Positions 33,770 to 43,922 are shown, counted from the first letter of the stretch. The stretch is DNA of 64,000 nucleotides from Bryobacteraceae bacterium (GCA_035568415.1 DATMOC010000049.1:28246-92245); one strand, 5' to 3'. The notes: generated by a model from the letters alone, not told the origin. Program-made: numbers and translations.

Positions 33770-34618
33770 ATGCGAAACATGACACTCATGCTGCTGCTCG
33801 GAGCGGGCTTGGCTGCGGGGCAAGGCAGTTTCACGGGACCGGGCCGGTATGAAATCGAGAATCTGAAATCGGGAAAGATGCTCGACCTGGACCGGAACGA
33901 TCAGACCACGGTGATTCAATTCGGTGCGCGCGGGACCGACAATCAGCGTTGGGATTTCGAACCAGGCGACGGCGGCCTGTGGTTCATTCGCAACGCAATG
34001 AATGGGAAAGCGCTGCAAATCGTACGCGACGCCAATAGCGCTCAAGTCATCTGCAACAGGTTCGATCGAGGCCCGGATCAGCAGTGGCGCATCCAGCCGG
34101 GGAAGGACGGCAACGTCCTCATCGTTTCCCGTGGCGGCCGGACGCTCGATATTCCCGATGGCTCCAGTCGCGACGGACTGCATGTCCAAATTTACGATCT
34201 CAACGGCGATTCAAACCAACGCTTCATTGTGCGCCGGGTCAATGGAAATCCCGACCGGAGAGACGAGCGCGACCGTCCCGTCGATCGGGGCCGGGGAGAT
34301 CGGGGCCGCGGACCGGATGAGTTGGGTCGCTACTGGGACGAACGCGAACAGATGTGGAAGCTCGCCGGCGACGGCGTATGTTTTTATCGCCAGACCGATT
34401 TCCGCGGCGAAGCGTTCTGCGCCCGTGTCGACGTCGAGATCGGTGAAGTGATTCCTCAGTTCCGCAGTTCTTTCGGATCCGCCAAGCTGTTCGGCCGGGC
34501 GCAAGTCGTCGAAGTTTTCGAACGCCCTGGATTCCGCGGCGATCATTTTCGCATCACGCGCGACACGCGCGATCTGGACCGCGTGGGCGATCGGATCGGA
34601 TCGCTCCGGGTGAATTGA
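33770..34618 (+). CDS. Secreted ricin-type beta-trefoil lectin fused to a beta/gamma-crystallin domain
   Basis: Signal peptide, then three QxW-type repeats (NQRWDF, QQWRI, NQRFIV) and an Arg/Asp-rich linker. Two Greek-key signatures follow: YRQTDFRG...SAKL and FERPGFRG...GSLRV. Confidence 0.7.
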   Translation: MRNMTLMLLLGAGLAAGQGSFTGPGRYEIENLKSGKMLDLDRNDQTTVIQFGARGTDNQRWDFEPGDGGLWFIRNAMNGKALQIVRDANSAQVICNRFDRGPDQQWRIQPGKDGNVLIVSRGGRTLDIPDGSSRDGLHVQIYDLNGDSNQRFIVRRVNGNPDRRDERDRPVDRGRGDRGRGPDELGRYWDEREQMWKLAGDGVCFYRQTDFRGEAFCARVDVEIGEVIPQFRSSFGSAKLFGRAQVVEVFERPGFRGDHFRITRDTRDLDRVGDRIGSLRVN

Positions 34619-34622
34619 CTCA

Positions 34623-35276
34623 TCACAGAATATTGACGGCGCGGGCGGCGAGGATCGCGATGGTTCCCAGCGAGATCAAAGACTGAATCATCATCAAGAC
34701 CTTGGCCCATCGCGACAGAACCGGAACATCGGTCGGTGAAAACGCGGTGCTGGTGTTGAACGCCAGGAACAAATAGTCGACGAATCCGGGACGCCATTGG
34801 TCCTCACCCATCTCGCGGCGAAGGTCCGGGTCGAGCACCATCTGCGGAAATAGAAAGGCTCCGTCAGTATGCGACCGTTGCAAATCGCGCTGATGGGGGC
34901 CGCCGGCATCGAGCCTCCAGTACCAGCAGGCGAAAACCAGCAGATTGCTGAGCCACAGCAGCCCGGCTGAACGCATCAGTTCGATGGGCGAGTCCTTATG
35001 CCCTGGCAGTCTGGACACCAGCAACCCTAACGACGCGACCAGGGAAATCGTGACCACTGCGTTGGCGGCGTAGCCAAACACGCGACCCGCACGCCAAAAC
35101 CCCGCGCGATGAGAGATCATCGCGGGCATGATCAGCACGGTCACCAGGACGAAGACCAACCAGTCAGGGCCAAAGCTCAGCGCCGACGGCAGTATCCAGT
35201 GGAGCCCACCCACTGAAAGCAGTGCGGCCAGCGCCGGCCAGCGCGGCTCGCCACGAATGAATGTCGTTTCCGGCAT
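34623..35276 (-). CDS. DUF1345-like integral membrane protein
   Basis: Start chosen at MPETTF (35276). Six hydrophobic segments, with ..FLAFNTSTAFSPTDV.. resembling DUF1345 (recalled, not searched). The longer ORF to 35774 overlaps the divergent gene. Confidence 0.6.
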   Translation of the reverse strand: MPETTFIRGEPRWPALAALLSVGGLHWILPSALSFGPDWLVFVLVTVLIMPAMISHRAGFWRAGRVFGYAANAVVTISLVASLGLLVSRLPGHKDSPIELMRSAGLLWLSNLLVFACWYWRLDAGGPHQRDLQRSHTDGAFLFPQMVLDPDLRREMGEDQWRPGFVDYLFLAFNTSTAFSPTDVPVLSRWAKVLMMIQSLISLGTIAILAARAVNIL

Positions 35277-35312
35277 CCTCCTATAATCTCCGACTCCGCG
35301 TAGAATGTTCCA

Positions 35313-37007
35313 ATGACCCCTGCGGACCAGTGGTATTACCTCGAAGGATCGGAAACGCGCGGCCCAGTGACTTCGGCCGAGATCGCGCGCATGATCAAGG
35401 CGGGGTCGCTGAGCACCGCTACTCAGGTGGCCCAGGCAGGGTGGCCGCAATGGACCGTCGCGTCGATTGCGCTGGCGCACCTGCTGAGTGCGCCGGGACC
35501 ATCGGCGACGCCCTCTGAGCAGCCCATCTACGCAATCAAGATTCACTGTGTGTCCGGGCCTGATGCCGGGAAAGCGTACATGATCGGCGTGAGTGAAGTC
35601 GCGCTGGGACGCGTTTCCGGCATTGGGCAATCCGATCCGCAAGTCACCGAAAATCATGTGGCTCTCTCCCGGCAAAACAATGTACTGCAATTCCGCACCA
35701 TCGGCGGAGCGAAATTGCGAGTGGGCGGAGCCGAGGTGACGCAGGGAACGCTTTCGAATGGCCAGCAGTTTCAATTGGGCGCATCCACTTGGCAGGTGGG
35801 CAGCGCGCCGGTCGAGCTCAGCAATCTTTTGGGATCGCTGGGAGCCCGGCTGAATAAATTGACCAGCACGGAGAAGCTGGAAGGCTTCAGCCTGACCACC
35901 ATGTTTTCCGAGGTGTTCAAAGGACGCAAGCGCGGCGAGATCGAAGACTATTTCGTGGTGGGCACCAGCAAGACCACGCCGCCGCTGGACGAAGTGGAAA
36001 CCGGATGGCCGCGGCCCTGGTTTTTTATGCGCGTCCTGGGGTTCATGCTGGCGGTCTACTTTCTGTTTTCGAAAAGCTTGGAATATTTCAGCAATCCATG
36101 CGATTTGCCCGGGCTGATGATGATCGGCGCGCTGGCAGTTCCTCTGGCGACGGTGGTGCTGTTCTGGGAATTGAACACTCCTCGAAACGTGGCCTTCATG
36201 CAGATCCTGATGATGATCGCGTTTGGAGGCGTAACTTCATTTCTCTTCATGGAAGTGGTCTCGCGACTGTCGAACCTGGGCTGGCTGGGAACTCCCAGCG
36301 CCGGCATCGTGGAAGAAACCGCCAAGCTGCTCACGGTCATCGTGGTGGTGCGGAGCGTCAAATATAAATACATTTTGAACGGAATGGTGTTCGGCGCAGC
36401 GGTCGGCGCCGGATTCGCCGCGTTCGAAACCGCGGGCTATTCGTTTTTCGACGGGTACCTCACCAAGCTGATGCTCAACGTGTTCACGCAAATCGTCCAT
36501 CCCACGGAAGGTTTCAAGAACGCGGTGGATCATTTCGCCAAAAACCCAAGCGATATCCAGATGCTAAAGGGCGTCGCGTATCAACTCTCGAAATCGGCGT
36601 ACGCCTGGGCCTTCAGCCAACTCGACCTCCGGTCGTATTTCGCGCCCTTCGGCCATATTGCCTGGACTGCGATCGCGGCCGGAGCGTTCTGGCGCGTCAA
36701 AGGCGCCGATCCGTTCCGATTCAAAATGCTGGTGGACCCCATATTCGTGCGAACTTTTCTGGTTCCCGTGATCCTGCACATGACGTGGGATACCGATTTT
36801 GTCCAGAATCAGGACTGGCTGCTTCGCGACCTGATGCTGGTCGGGCTCGGCGTCATCGCCTGGTACGTGGCATTTCTTTTGGTGCAGCAGGGTCTGAAAC
36901 AAATCAAGCAGGCGCAGGTGACGCAAACCCAATCGGAGTACACGCATACTCGCGAGATCCTCACCACCACCGGCCGGTTTCGCGCGCAACAAGGAACGGT
37001 CCGGTGA
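35313..37007 (+). CDS. GYF_2(DUF4339)-like + FHA-like + PrsW-like intramembrane protease fusion
   Basis: aa 5-50, QWYYLEGSETRGPVTSAEIARMIKAG...WPQW, is GYF_2-like. aa 72-165 is FHA-like (..ALGRVS...ENHVALSR...LRVGGAEV..QQFQLGAS). aa 235-525 is multi-TM with IVEETAKLL (334-338), GFAAFETAGY (368-372) and FGHIAWTAI (448), matching the PrsW EExxK/FxxxE/H motifs. Confidence 0.7.
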   Translation: MTPADQWYYLEGSETRGPVTSAEIARMIKAGSLSTATQVAQAGWPQWTVASIALAHLLSAPGPSATPSEQPIYAIKIHCVSGPDAGKAYMIGVSEVALGRVSGIGQSDPQVTENHVALSRQNNVLQFRTIGGAKLRVGGAEVTQGTLSNGQQFQLGASTWQVGSAPVELSNLLGSLGARLNKLTSTEKLEGFSLTTMFSEVFKGRKRGEIEDYFVVGTSKTTPPLDEVETGWPRPWFFMRVLGFMLAVYFLFSKSLEYFSNPCDLPGLMMIGALAVPLATVVLFWELNTPRNVAFMQILMMIAFGGVTSFLFMEVVSRLSNLGWLGTPSAGIVEETAKLLTVIVVVRSVKYKYILNGMVFGAAVGAGFAAFETAGYSFFDGYLTKLMLNVFTQIVHPTEGFKNAVDHFAKNPSDIQMLKGVAYQLSKSAYAWAFSQLDLRSYFAPFGHIAWTAIAAGAFWRVKGADPFRFKMLVDPIFVRTFLVPVILHMTWDTDFVQNQDWLLRDLMLVGLGVIAWYVAFLLVQQGLKQIKQAQVTQTQSEYTHTREILTTTGRFRAQQGTVR

Positions 37008-37999
37008 AGATCGAGCCGGTAACGCTGGAAGGGCAGCACGTGCGTCTGGAGCCGCTTTCCTACGATCACCACGCGCAGTTGTGTGAAGTGGGACTTGATC
37101 CAGACCTGTGGCGCTGGATTCCTATGCGCGTCACCACACCCGAGGAGATGACCGGATTCATCCGCACGGCGCTTGAGTGGCAAGCCGCGGGAACCGCTCT
37201 TCCGTTCGCCACGATCACTGGCGGACGCGCAATCGGCAGCACACGCTTCATGAACATCGATGTTGCGAACCGTCACGTCGAAATCGGGGCGACCTGGATT
37301 GGTCGCGAACATCAGCGCTCCATCGTGAATACAGAAGCGAAATATCTGATGTTGCGGCACGCCTTCGAGACACTGGGCTGCTTGCGCGTCGAGCTGAAAA
37401 CGGACGCGCTGAACCGGCGCTCACGCAACGCCATCCGGCGGATCGGCGCGCGTGAAGAAGGAACGTTCCGAAAACACGTCGTGACGTGGAGCGGACGCAT
37501 TCGCGATTCGGTTTACTTCAGCATCCTGGATACGGAATGGCCGCGCGTCAAAGCGGACCTGGAAGCGAAGATGAAACGCGGTACGCCTTCGCCGCAAACG
37601 CGTATCGATGGATTGAGCGAATCGCAGATCGAAGACCTGCATCGTCTGTATCAGAACGAATGGTGGACCAAGGATCGCACTATGGAAGATGTCCGCCGCA
37701 TGCTGGACGCGACGCGCGTGCTGGTCGCTTTCGCCGATCCCGCCACCGGCCGGCTGATCGCGTTCGCTCGCGTCATCACCGATTTCGCCTTCAAAGCCCT
37801 GGTGCTGGATGTGATCGTCGATCCTTCAGGGCGAAAATCCGGCATGGGACGCGCTCTGATCGATGCAGTGGTAGGGCATCCGGAATTGGCCGGCGTGCAG
37901 CATTTCGAATTGTATTGCCGTCCTGAACTGATGCCGTTTTACGAGCGCTGGGGATTCAAACAAGTCGATCGCGATTTGCGATTCATGCGCCGGGGTTAG
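37004..37999 (+). CDS. Tandem GNAT N-acetyltransferase (RimJ/RimL-like domain + second GNAT domain)
   Basis: GTG at 37004 overlaps the upstream stop (GTGA). The first half has ..VEIGATWIGREHQRSIVNTEAKYLMLRHAFETLGCLRVELKTDALNRRSRNAIRRIGAREEG. The second half has ..LDVIVDPSGRKSGMGRALIDAVV...FYERWGF. Confidence 0.8.
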   Translation: MKIEPVTLEGQHVRLEPLSYDHHAQLCEVGLDPDLWRWIPMRVTTPEEMTGFIRTALEWQAAGTALPFATITGGRAIGSTRFMNIDVANRHVEIGATWIGREHQRSIVNTEAKYLMLRHAFETLGCLRVELKTDALNRRSRNAIRRIGAREEGTFRKHVVTWSGRIRDSVYFSILDTEWPRVKADLEAKMKRGTPSPQTRIDGLSESQIEDLHRLYQNEWWTKDRTMEDVRRMLDATRVLVAFADPATGRLIAFARVITDFAFKALVLDVIVDPSGRKSGMGRALIDAVVGHPELAGVQHFELYCRPELMPFYERWGFKQVDRDLRFMRRG

Positions 38000-38059
38000 A
38001 TTCGCGCATAAGAACGCGCTCCATAACTGTCGCGCCTCAAAGCCGTGCGCCGAGGCACG

Positions 38060-39217
38060 TTAGTCGCCTATTACTTCGAGAATCAGACACTTCAAGTAGT
38101 GCGTCTCGGGGACCGTCAACAGAATCGGATGATCGGCGGCCTGCGTACGCCGATCCAGAAAGCGCAGCGTCTTGCCTGCATCGAGCGCGGCCTCTGCGAC
38201 GATTTCCAGCAACGCCGCCTCGCTCACGTGATGCGAGCAGGAGCACGTGATCAGGATTCCTCCCGGCTCCAGTAGCCGCAAGGCGCGCAAGTTGATTTCC
38301 TTGTAGCCGCGCGCCGCATCTTCGAGCTGGCGGCGCGATTTCGCGAAAGCCGGCGGATCCAGCACGATGGTCGAATAGCGCCGGTCTATCCCCGACAGAA
38401 ATTCGAACACGTCCGCCTGGCGGAATTGGATGTTCGCGATCCCGTTCACACGCGCATTTTCTTCCGCTGTAGCTAGCGCGGGAGCCGATGAATCGATCGC
38501 CTCGACGGTTTCCGCTCGCCCAGCCGCGTGCAACGCGAAACCTCCTGTCGATGTGAAGCAATCCAGCACGCGCCCACGGGCCCACCGGCTGGCCGCAACG
38601 TAGTTTTCGCGCTGATCGAGATACACTCCCGTCTTTTGTCCTCGGCGCAAATCCGCGGCGAGCTTCAGACCGTTCATCCCGATCGAGACGCGCTCGGGAA
38701 TCTCGCCCGAAAGAACCGCGGTCTCCAGCGGAAGACCCTCCAGCTTGCGGACGCTCGCGTCATTGCGTGCCAGAATGCCGGCGGGCGCGAGCAGCTCCGT
38801 CAGGCAGTCGACCATCAGATCCCGCGCCCGATCCATCCCCTGATCGAGCGTCTGCATTACCAAGTACGGACCGTATCGATCCACAATCAGGCCCGGCAGC
38901 AGGTCGCCTTCGGAGAAGACCAGCCGGTATGCATTCGAGCGCTCCACCGCGCGTTCCCGATGCAGAATCGCGGCGCTGATCCGGCGCATGAAAAACGCGC
39001 GATCCACCGGTTCCACAATGCGGGAAAGAAGCCGTAGCGTGATCTGCGACGTCGAACTGTAGTGCGCAACACCGATCGCTTTCCCGCGAGGATCCACCAC
39101 ACGAACCGCATCGCCAGGCTCCGCGTCAGCTCGATCGACCACATCGCTTGAAAAAATCCAGGGATGTCCGCTCGCCGCCCGATCGGCGCCCTTGCGATTG
39201 ACCTTGACGGTCTTCAC
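38060..39217 (-). CDS. rlmI: 23S rRNA m5C methyltransferase RlmI family (PUA + class I SAM-MTase)
   Basis: GTG at 39217 overlaps the upstream stop. Contains ..HPWIFSSDV.. (PUA region), ..RLVFSEGDLLPGLIVDRYG.., ..QKTGVYLDQREN.., ..VLDCFTSTGGFAL.., ..IVLDPPAFAKS.., ..CSCSHHV.. Confidence 0.85.
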   Translation of the reverse strand: MKTVKVNRKGADRAASGHPWIFSSDVVDRADAEPGDAVRVVDPRGKAIGVAHYSSTSQITLRLLSRIVEPVDRAFFMRRISAAILHRERAVERSNAYRLVFSEGDLLPGLIVDRYGPYLVMQTLDQGMDRARDLMVDCLTELLAPAGILARNDASVRKLEGLPLETAVLSGEIPERVSIGMNGLKLAADLRRGQKTGVYLDQRENYVAASRWARGRVLDCFTSTGGFALHAAGRAETVEAIDSSAPALATAEENARVNGIANIQFRQADVFEFLSGIDRRYSTIVLDPPAFAKSRRQLEDAARGYKEINLRALRLLEPGGILITCSCSHHVSEAALLEIVAEAALDAGKTLRFLDRRTQAADHPILLTVPETHYLKCLILEVIGD

Positions 39218-40884
39218 TGAAACGACCGCGCGTGGACCATCATCGGCAGATCGGAGTCCGCGCTGTTCCACGCCTCCAGAAAGTCGCGATAGGCGCGAGA
39301 CGCCTGCTCGCGCTTGCCTTCGGCTTCCCAAGACTTTGCGATTCCGTACAGCGCATGTCCGCTCGCCGGGCGGAAAATCAGTTCGCGGTGAAATGCCGCG
39401 CGCGCTTCTGGATATTTTTTCGCCCGAACGAAAGCGTACCCGAGCGCTTCCAACTCGGGCCGCGCGTACTGTGGAGGCTCATTGTAGCCGAGCTTCGCGT
39501 CTTTCTCTACGGCTTTCTGAAGCAGATCGATGGCTTCCTCGAAGCGCCCTTGCGCAGCCCGTAGATTGCCGCGCAAGTCGAGAGAAGACGTTTCGAGGAT
39601 CAATAGCGCCCGCTCCGGATTGTCGTCTTTATCGTCCGTCTTCGAAGCGTGGGTACGCCAAGAGATCGCGTCCAGCGCGTCGGATTCACGCTCGGCTGCG
39701 TCCAGACGATTGGATTTGATGGCTTGCATCCCGCGCGCATACACCAGGATTCCGTCGCGAAACGCCGTCGCCGATGCACCCGCGCGGGCTTCGTCGAATC
39801 CCAGTTTTATCGGCCGATCGATGGCCGCCTGATAGTCGCCAAAACGCATCTTGAGCCGTACCGCGGTCCCGCCCACAGTGATGACATGAGTGGGCGCGCC
39901 GCTTCCCAGGAACGGTTGTGCGGGAAGACCGTCGAGCAGAGCCGCGAGTTCCATGGCCTCTCGATAACGCCCCGATTCGGCATCACTCGCGATCAGGTAG
40001 CTCAAGTTGTGCGGATAGTTCCAGTCGTCCAGTGTCGAAACTTTCTCGCGCTGCATGTACTCTTCTTCGAATTTCTTCGAAGCGAGAAAGGATTCGCGCG
40101 CGCGATCGTACTGGCCGATCCGGTAATAGATATGACCCGGCATGTGGATCATGTGCCCTGATCCCGTCACGAGCCTGGCGAGCGCCTCCGCGTCCGGCAC
40201 GGCATCCGCAGCATGCAGGCTCGATTCCAGCGCATGAATCATATAATGATGCGCCGCGGCGCTGTCGGGCTTCCGGCGCAGCACGTCGCGGATCAGCATC
40301 TCCGTGTACGGAGCGCCTGTCCGGGGGCGTCCGTCGTTTTCATATCCATAAGGACGATTCAGCGCGAAAAAGAGCTTGGCGTCGATGTCGTCCGGATATT
40401 TGTCGATCAGCGCTTCCATTTCGCGCTGATATTCTTCCGGCTTGTCCTGCTTCTGCTGCGCTCGGATATAGAACTGCTCCTGCTCTGTGATCTTCGGAAG
40501 CAGCGCCTTGGCTTTTTCGGACGCCGCGTCGCTTTCGATGGACATGGCTTTGTATCCGCTGAGCGATTGCACGATGCCCCACCACGCCATCGCCGCATCC
40601 GGATCTAGGCGCGCGGCTTCTTTGAACACGCGGTATGCCTCGAAATCCCAGAAGCATTGCAGCAGGTTCAAGCCCTGATCGAACCAGGCCTGCGCTTCAG
40701 GCGACTTGGTGGTGATTTGCAGATGGCTGGAGCCGATGCCCGTTAGTTTTCGCGGCGCCGGCATGGACGTCATTTTGTAATCGCGCGCGACGTGATCTTT
40801 GTGACACGACGGCCCTTGCTGAGCGTGAAGTTGTGCGGCGAGCATGGCGGGAAGAATCGCCAGGATGGAAAACCTCATAGACAT
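39214..40884 (-). CDS. Secreted TPR repeat protein
   Basis: Signal MSMRFSILAILPAMLAAQLHAQ. Multiple TPR-like helical pairs (..AQAWFDQGLNLLQCFWDFEAYRVFKEAARLDPD.., ..AHHYMIHALE.., ..GHALYGIAKSWEAEGKREQASRAYRDFL..). Start could be 40884 or 40878. Confidence 0.7.
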   Translation of the reverse strand: MSMRFSILAILPAMLAAQLHAQQGPSCHKDHVARDYKMTSMPAPRKLTGIGSSHLQITTKSPEAQAWFDQGLNLLQCFWDFEAYRVFKEAARLDPDAAMAWWGIVQSLSGYKAMSIESDAASEKAKALLPKITEQEQFYIRAQQKQDKPEEYQREMEALIDKYPDDIDAKLFFALNRPYGYENDGRPRTGAPYTEMLIRDVLRRKPDSAAAHHYMIHALESSLHAADAVPDAEALARLVTGSGHMIHMPGHIYYRIGQYDRARESFLASKKFEEEYMQREKVSTLDDWNYPHNLSYLIASDAESGRYREAMELAALLDGLPAQPFLGSGAPTHVITVGGTAVRLKMRFGDYQAAIDRPIKLGFDEARAGASATAFRDGILVYARGMQAIKSNRLDAAERESDALDAISWRTHASKTDDKDDNPERALLILETSSLDLRGNLRAAQGRFEEAIDLLQKAVEKDAKLGYNEPPQYARPELEALGYAFVRAKKYPEARAAFHRELIFRPASGHALYGIAKSWEAEGKREQASRAYRDFLEAWNSADSDLPMMVHARSFQ

Positions 40885-40894
40885 GTAGACGCAC

Positions 40895-41269
40895 TTACAG
40901 GAGTTTTTCGTCCCCAAATTTTTTAAATCCCGCGGCCACCAGCTCGCGCAGCTGGTCGATCGCATCACGGTCGACGTCCGCGAAATTGAAGCACGATTTT
41001 CCTTGCATGCGCTTCTTCAATCCGGTTCGCAGACCTTTCAGCAGCTCCGGATAAGTGTAGACCGGCATGAGATAGACACTGACGCAACCTTTGCCGCTGC
41101 GCAGGGCCGCGAAGAACATACGCTCGCCCTGGTAGCTGCGCGACTTGGTTTCCAGGTAGTAGTAATCCGGCTTGTCCATCTTGACGAACAGCCGTTTTTC
41201 GTACTTCGCGAGGACTGGCCTCAGCGCGCCGAAAACCTCCCCGAAACTCCCTGGCTGTGGAGCAGGCAT
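40895..41269 (-). CDS. Hypothetical protein (possibly DUF1801/YdhG-like)
   Basis: Start chosen at MPAPQPG (41269). Contains ..MFFAALRSGKGCVSVYLMPVY...GKSCFNF.. The family call is tentative. Confidence 0.5.
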   Translation of the reverse strand: MPAPQPGSFGEVFGALRPVLAKYEKRLFVKMDKPDYYYLETKSRSYQGERMFFAALRSGKGCVSVYLMPVYTYPELLKGLRTGLKKRMQGKSCFNFADVDRDAIDQLRELVAAGFKKFGDEKLL

Positions 41270-41307
41270 GGCCGACAGTATACAGAACCGCACACCCGGA
41301 CTGTTAG

Positions 41308-42636
<1,329 letters not shown>

Positions 42637-42647
42637 TGGCGGTAGGC

Positions 42648-42974
42648 TTAGCGGCGATGGCCGCGGTTGCCTTCATGCCCCCGGTGTTCGAAACGTTCGC
42701 GATGATCGCGACCGTGGCCGCCCCAATATCCGTAATACCCGCCGTACGGATACACGTACGGAGTCGAATAATACGGCGTTGAATAGGGGTAGGGATAAGC
42801 ATACCCGTACGGATTGTACGCATACGGATAGGGATACGCGTACGGCGGCGGATAGGTGTAAACCGGCCCGCCGATCCCGATCCCGAAATGCACCCCCGCT
42901 TGAGCGGGAGCCGCACCCGCGAAGGCCAACATTGCGATCACAGCGAGTGTCGGAATTCCAAGTTTCTTAAGCAT
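42648..42974 (-). CDS. Secreted Tyr/Pro-rich low-complexity protein with His/Arg-rich tail
   Basis: Signal peptide MLKKLGIPTLAVIAMLAFAGAAPAQA, then about 55 aa of YP/PY repeats (YTYPPPYAYPYPYAYNPYGYAYPYPYSTPYYSTPYVYPYGGYYGYW), then HGRDHRERFEHRGHEGNRGHRR. Confidence 0.5.
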   Translation of the reverse strand: MLKKLGIPTLAVIAMLAFAGAAPAQAGVHFGIGIGGPVYTYPPPYAYPYPYAYNPYGYAYPYPYSTPYYSTPYVYPYGGYYGYWGGHGRDHRERFEHRGHEGNRGHRR

Positions 42975-43127
42975 CTCTTTCTCCTTCCGAGGACCTCGCC
43001 CGATCCTCTAACCAATTAGACGTAGCTACGCCCGCCAGGATTCCACGCCGCGTTACGCGCTGATAGGGAATGCTTTCGGGTTGCGGCGTATCCTGGGTGT
43101 GTGTATCGGTGTGTGTAAAGGAGACAT

Positions 43128-43922
43128 GTGCAACGGAACATCCTCACGGTCCCGATTCGCAAAATCGGCGACGCGTCGGCTTCAAGCGAACAGGACCTGG
43201 TTGCGGTGGAGGAGCCACTCGAAATCCGGCTTGCCGGCCGAAATGTCGCCATCACGATGCGGACGCCGGGAAACGATGAGGAACTCGCCGCGGGATTCTT
43301 GTGTACCGAGGGAATCCTGCGAAATCCAAGCCAGATTACCGGGATTTCGGAGCCCGAGCGCAATATTGTCGATGTCCTGCTCGCCGATGAAACCGGTGTG
43401 GACTTTGAGCGTCTGGAGCGCCACTTCTATGTGAGTTCGAGCTGCGGGGTGTGCGGCAAAGCGTCGATTGGCGCGCTCGAAGCCACCGGTTGCCCCGCCC
43501 TGATTCGGAACCTACCAGTGATTCCTTCGAGTGTCATTCACGGATTGCCGGGAGAACTGCGTTCGCGCCAGGCGGTTTTCGATCGCACGGGAGGACTCCA
43601 TGCCGCCGCGCTGTTCGATTCGTCAGGGCGCTTGCTGAATCTCCGCGAAGATGTGGGCCGGCACAATGCCGTCGACAAGCTGATCGGCGCGGCTTTTCTG
43701 GGAGACTCCCTGCCGTTGAACGATCATATCCTGCTGGTTAGCGGCCGTGTGAGTTTCGAGCTGGTGCAGAAAGCGCTGATGGCAGGGATCGCGGTGCTGG
43801 CCGCGGTGGGTGCGCCGTCCAGCCTGGCCGTAGAAGTAGCCCTGCGCTTCGGAATGACGCTCGCCGGTTTCGTCCGCGAGGGACGCTATAACGTCTACTC
43901 GGGCGATTGGCGGCTGCGCTAG
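43128..43922 (+). CDS. fdhD: Formate dehydrogenase accessory sulfurtransferase FdhD
   Basis: GTG start with AAGGAG at 43118-43123. Contains ..EEPLEIRL..MRTPGNDEELAAGFLCTEGI.., ..SSSCGVCGKASI.., ..GGLHAAALFD.., ..EDVGRHNAVDKLIG.. Confidence 0.9.
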   Translation: MQRNILTVPIRKIGDASASSEQDLVAVEEPLEIRLAGRNVAITMRTPGNDEELAAGFLCTEGILRNPSQITGISEPERNIVDVLLADETGVDFERLERHFYVSSSCGVCGKASIGALEATGCPALIRNLPVIPSSVIHGLPGELRSRQAVFDRTGGLHAAALFDSSGRLLNLREDVGRHNAVDKLIGAAFLGDSLPLNDHILLVSGRVSFELVQKALMAGIAVLAAVGAPSSLAVEVALRFGMTLAGFVREGRYNVYSGDWRLR

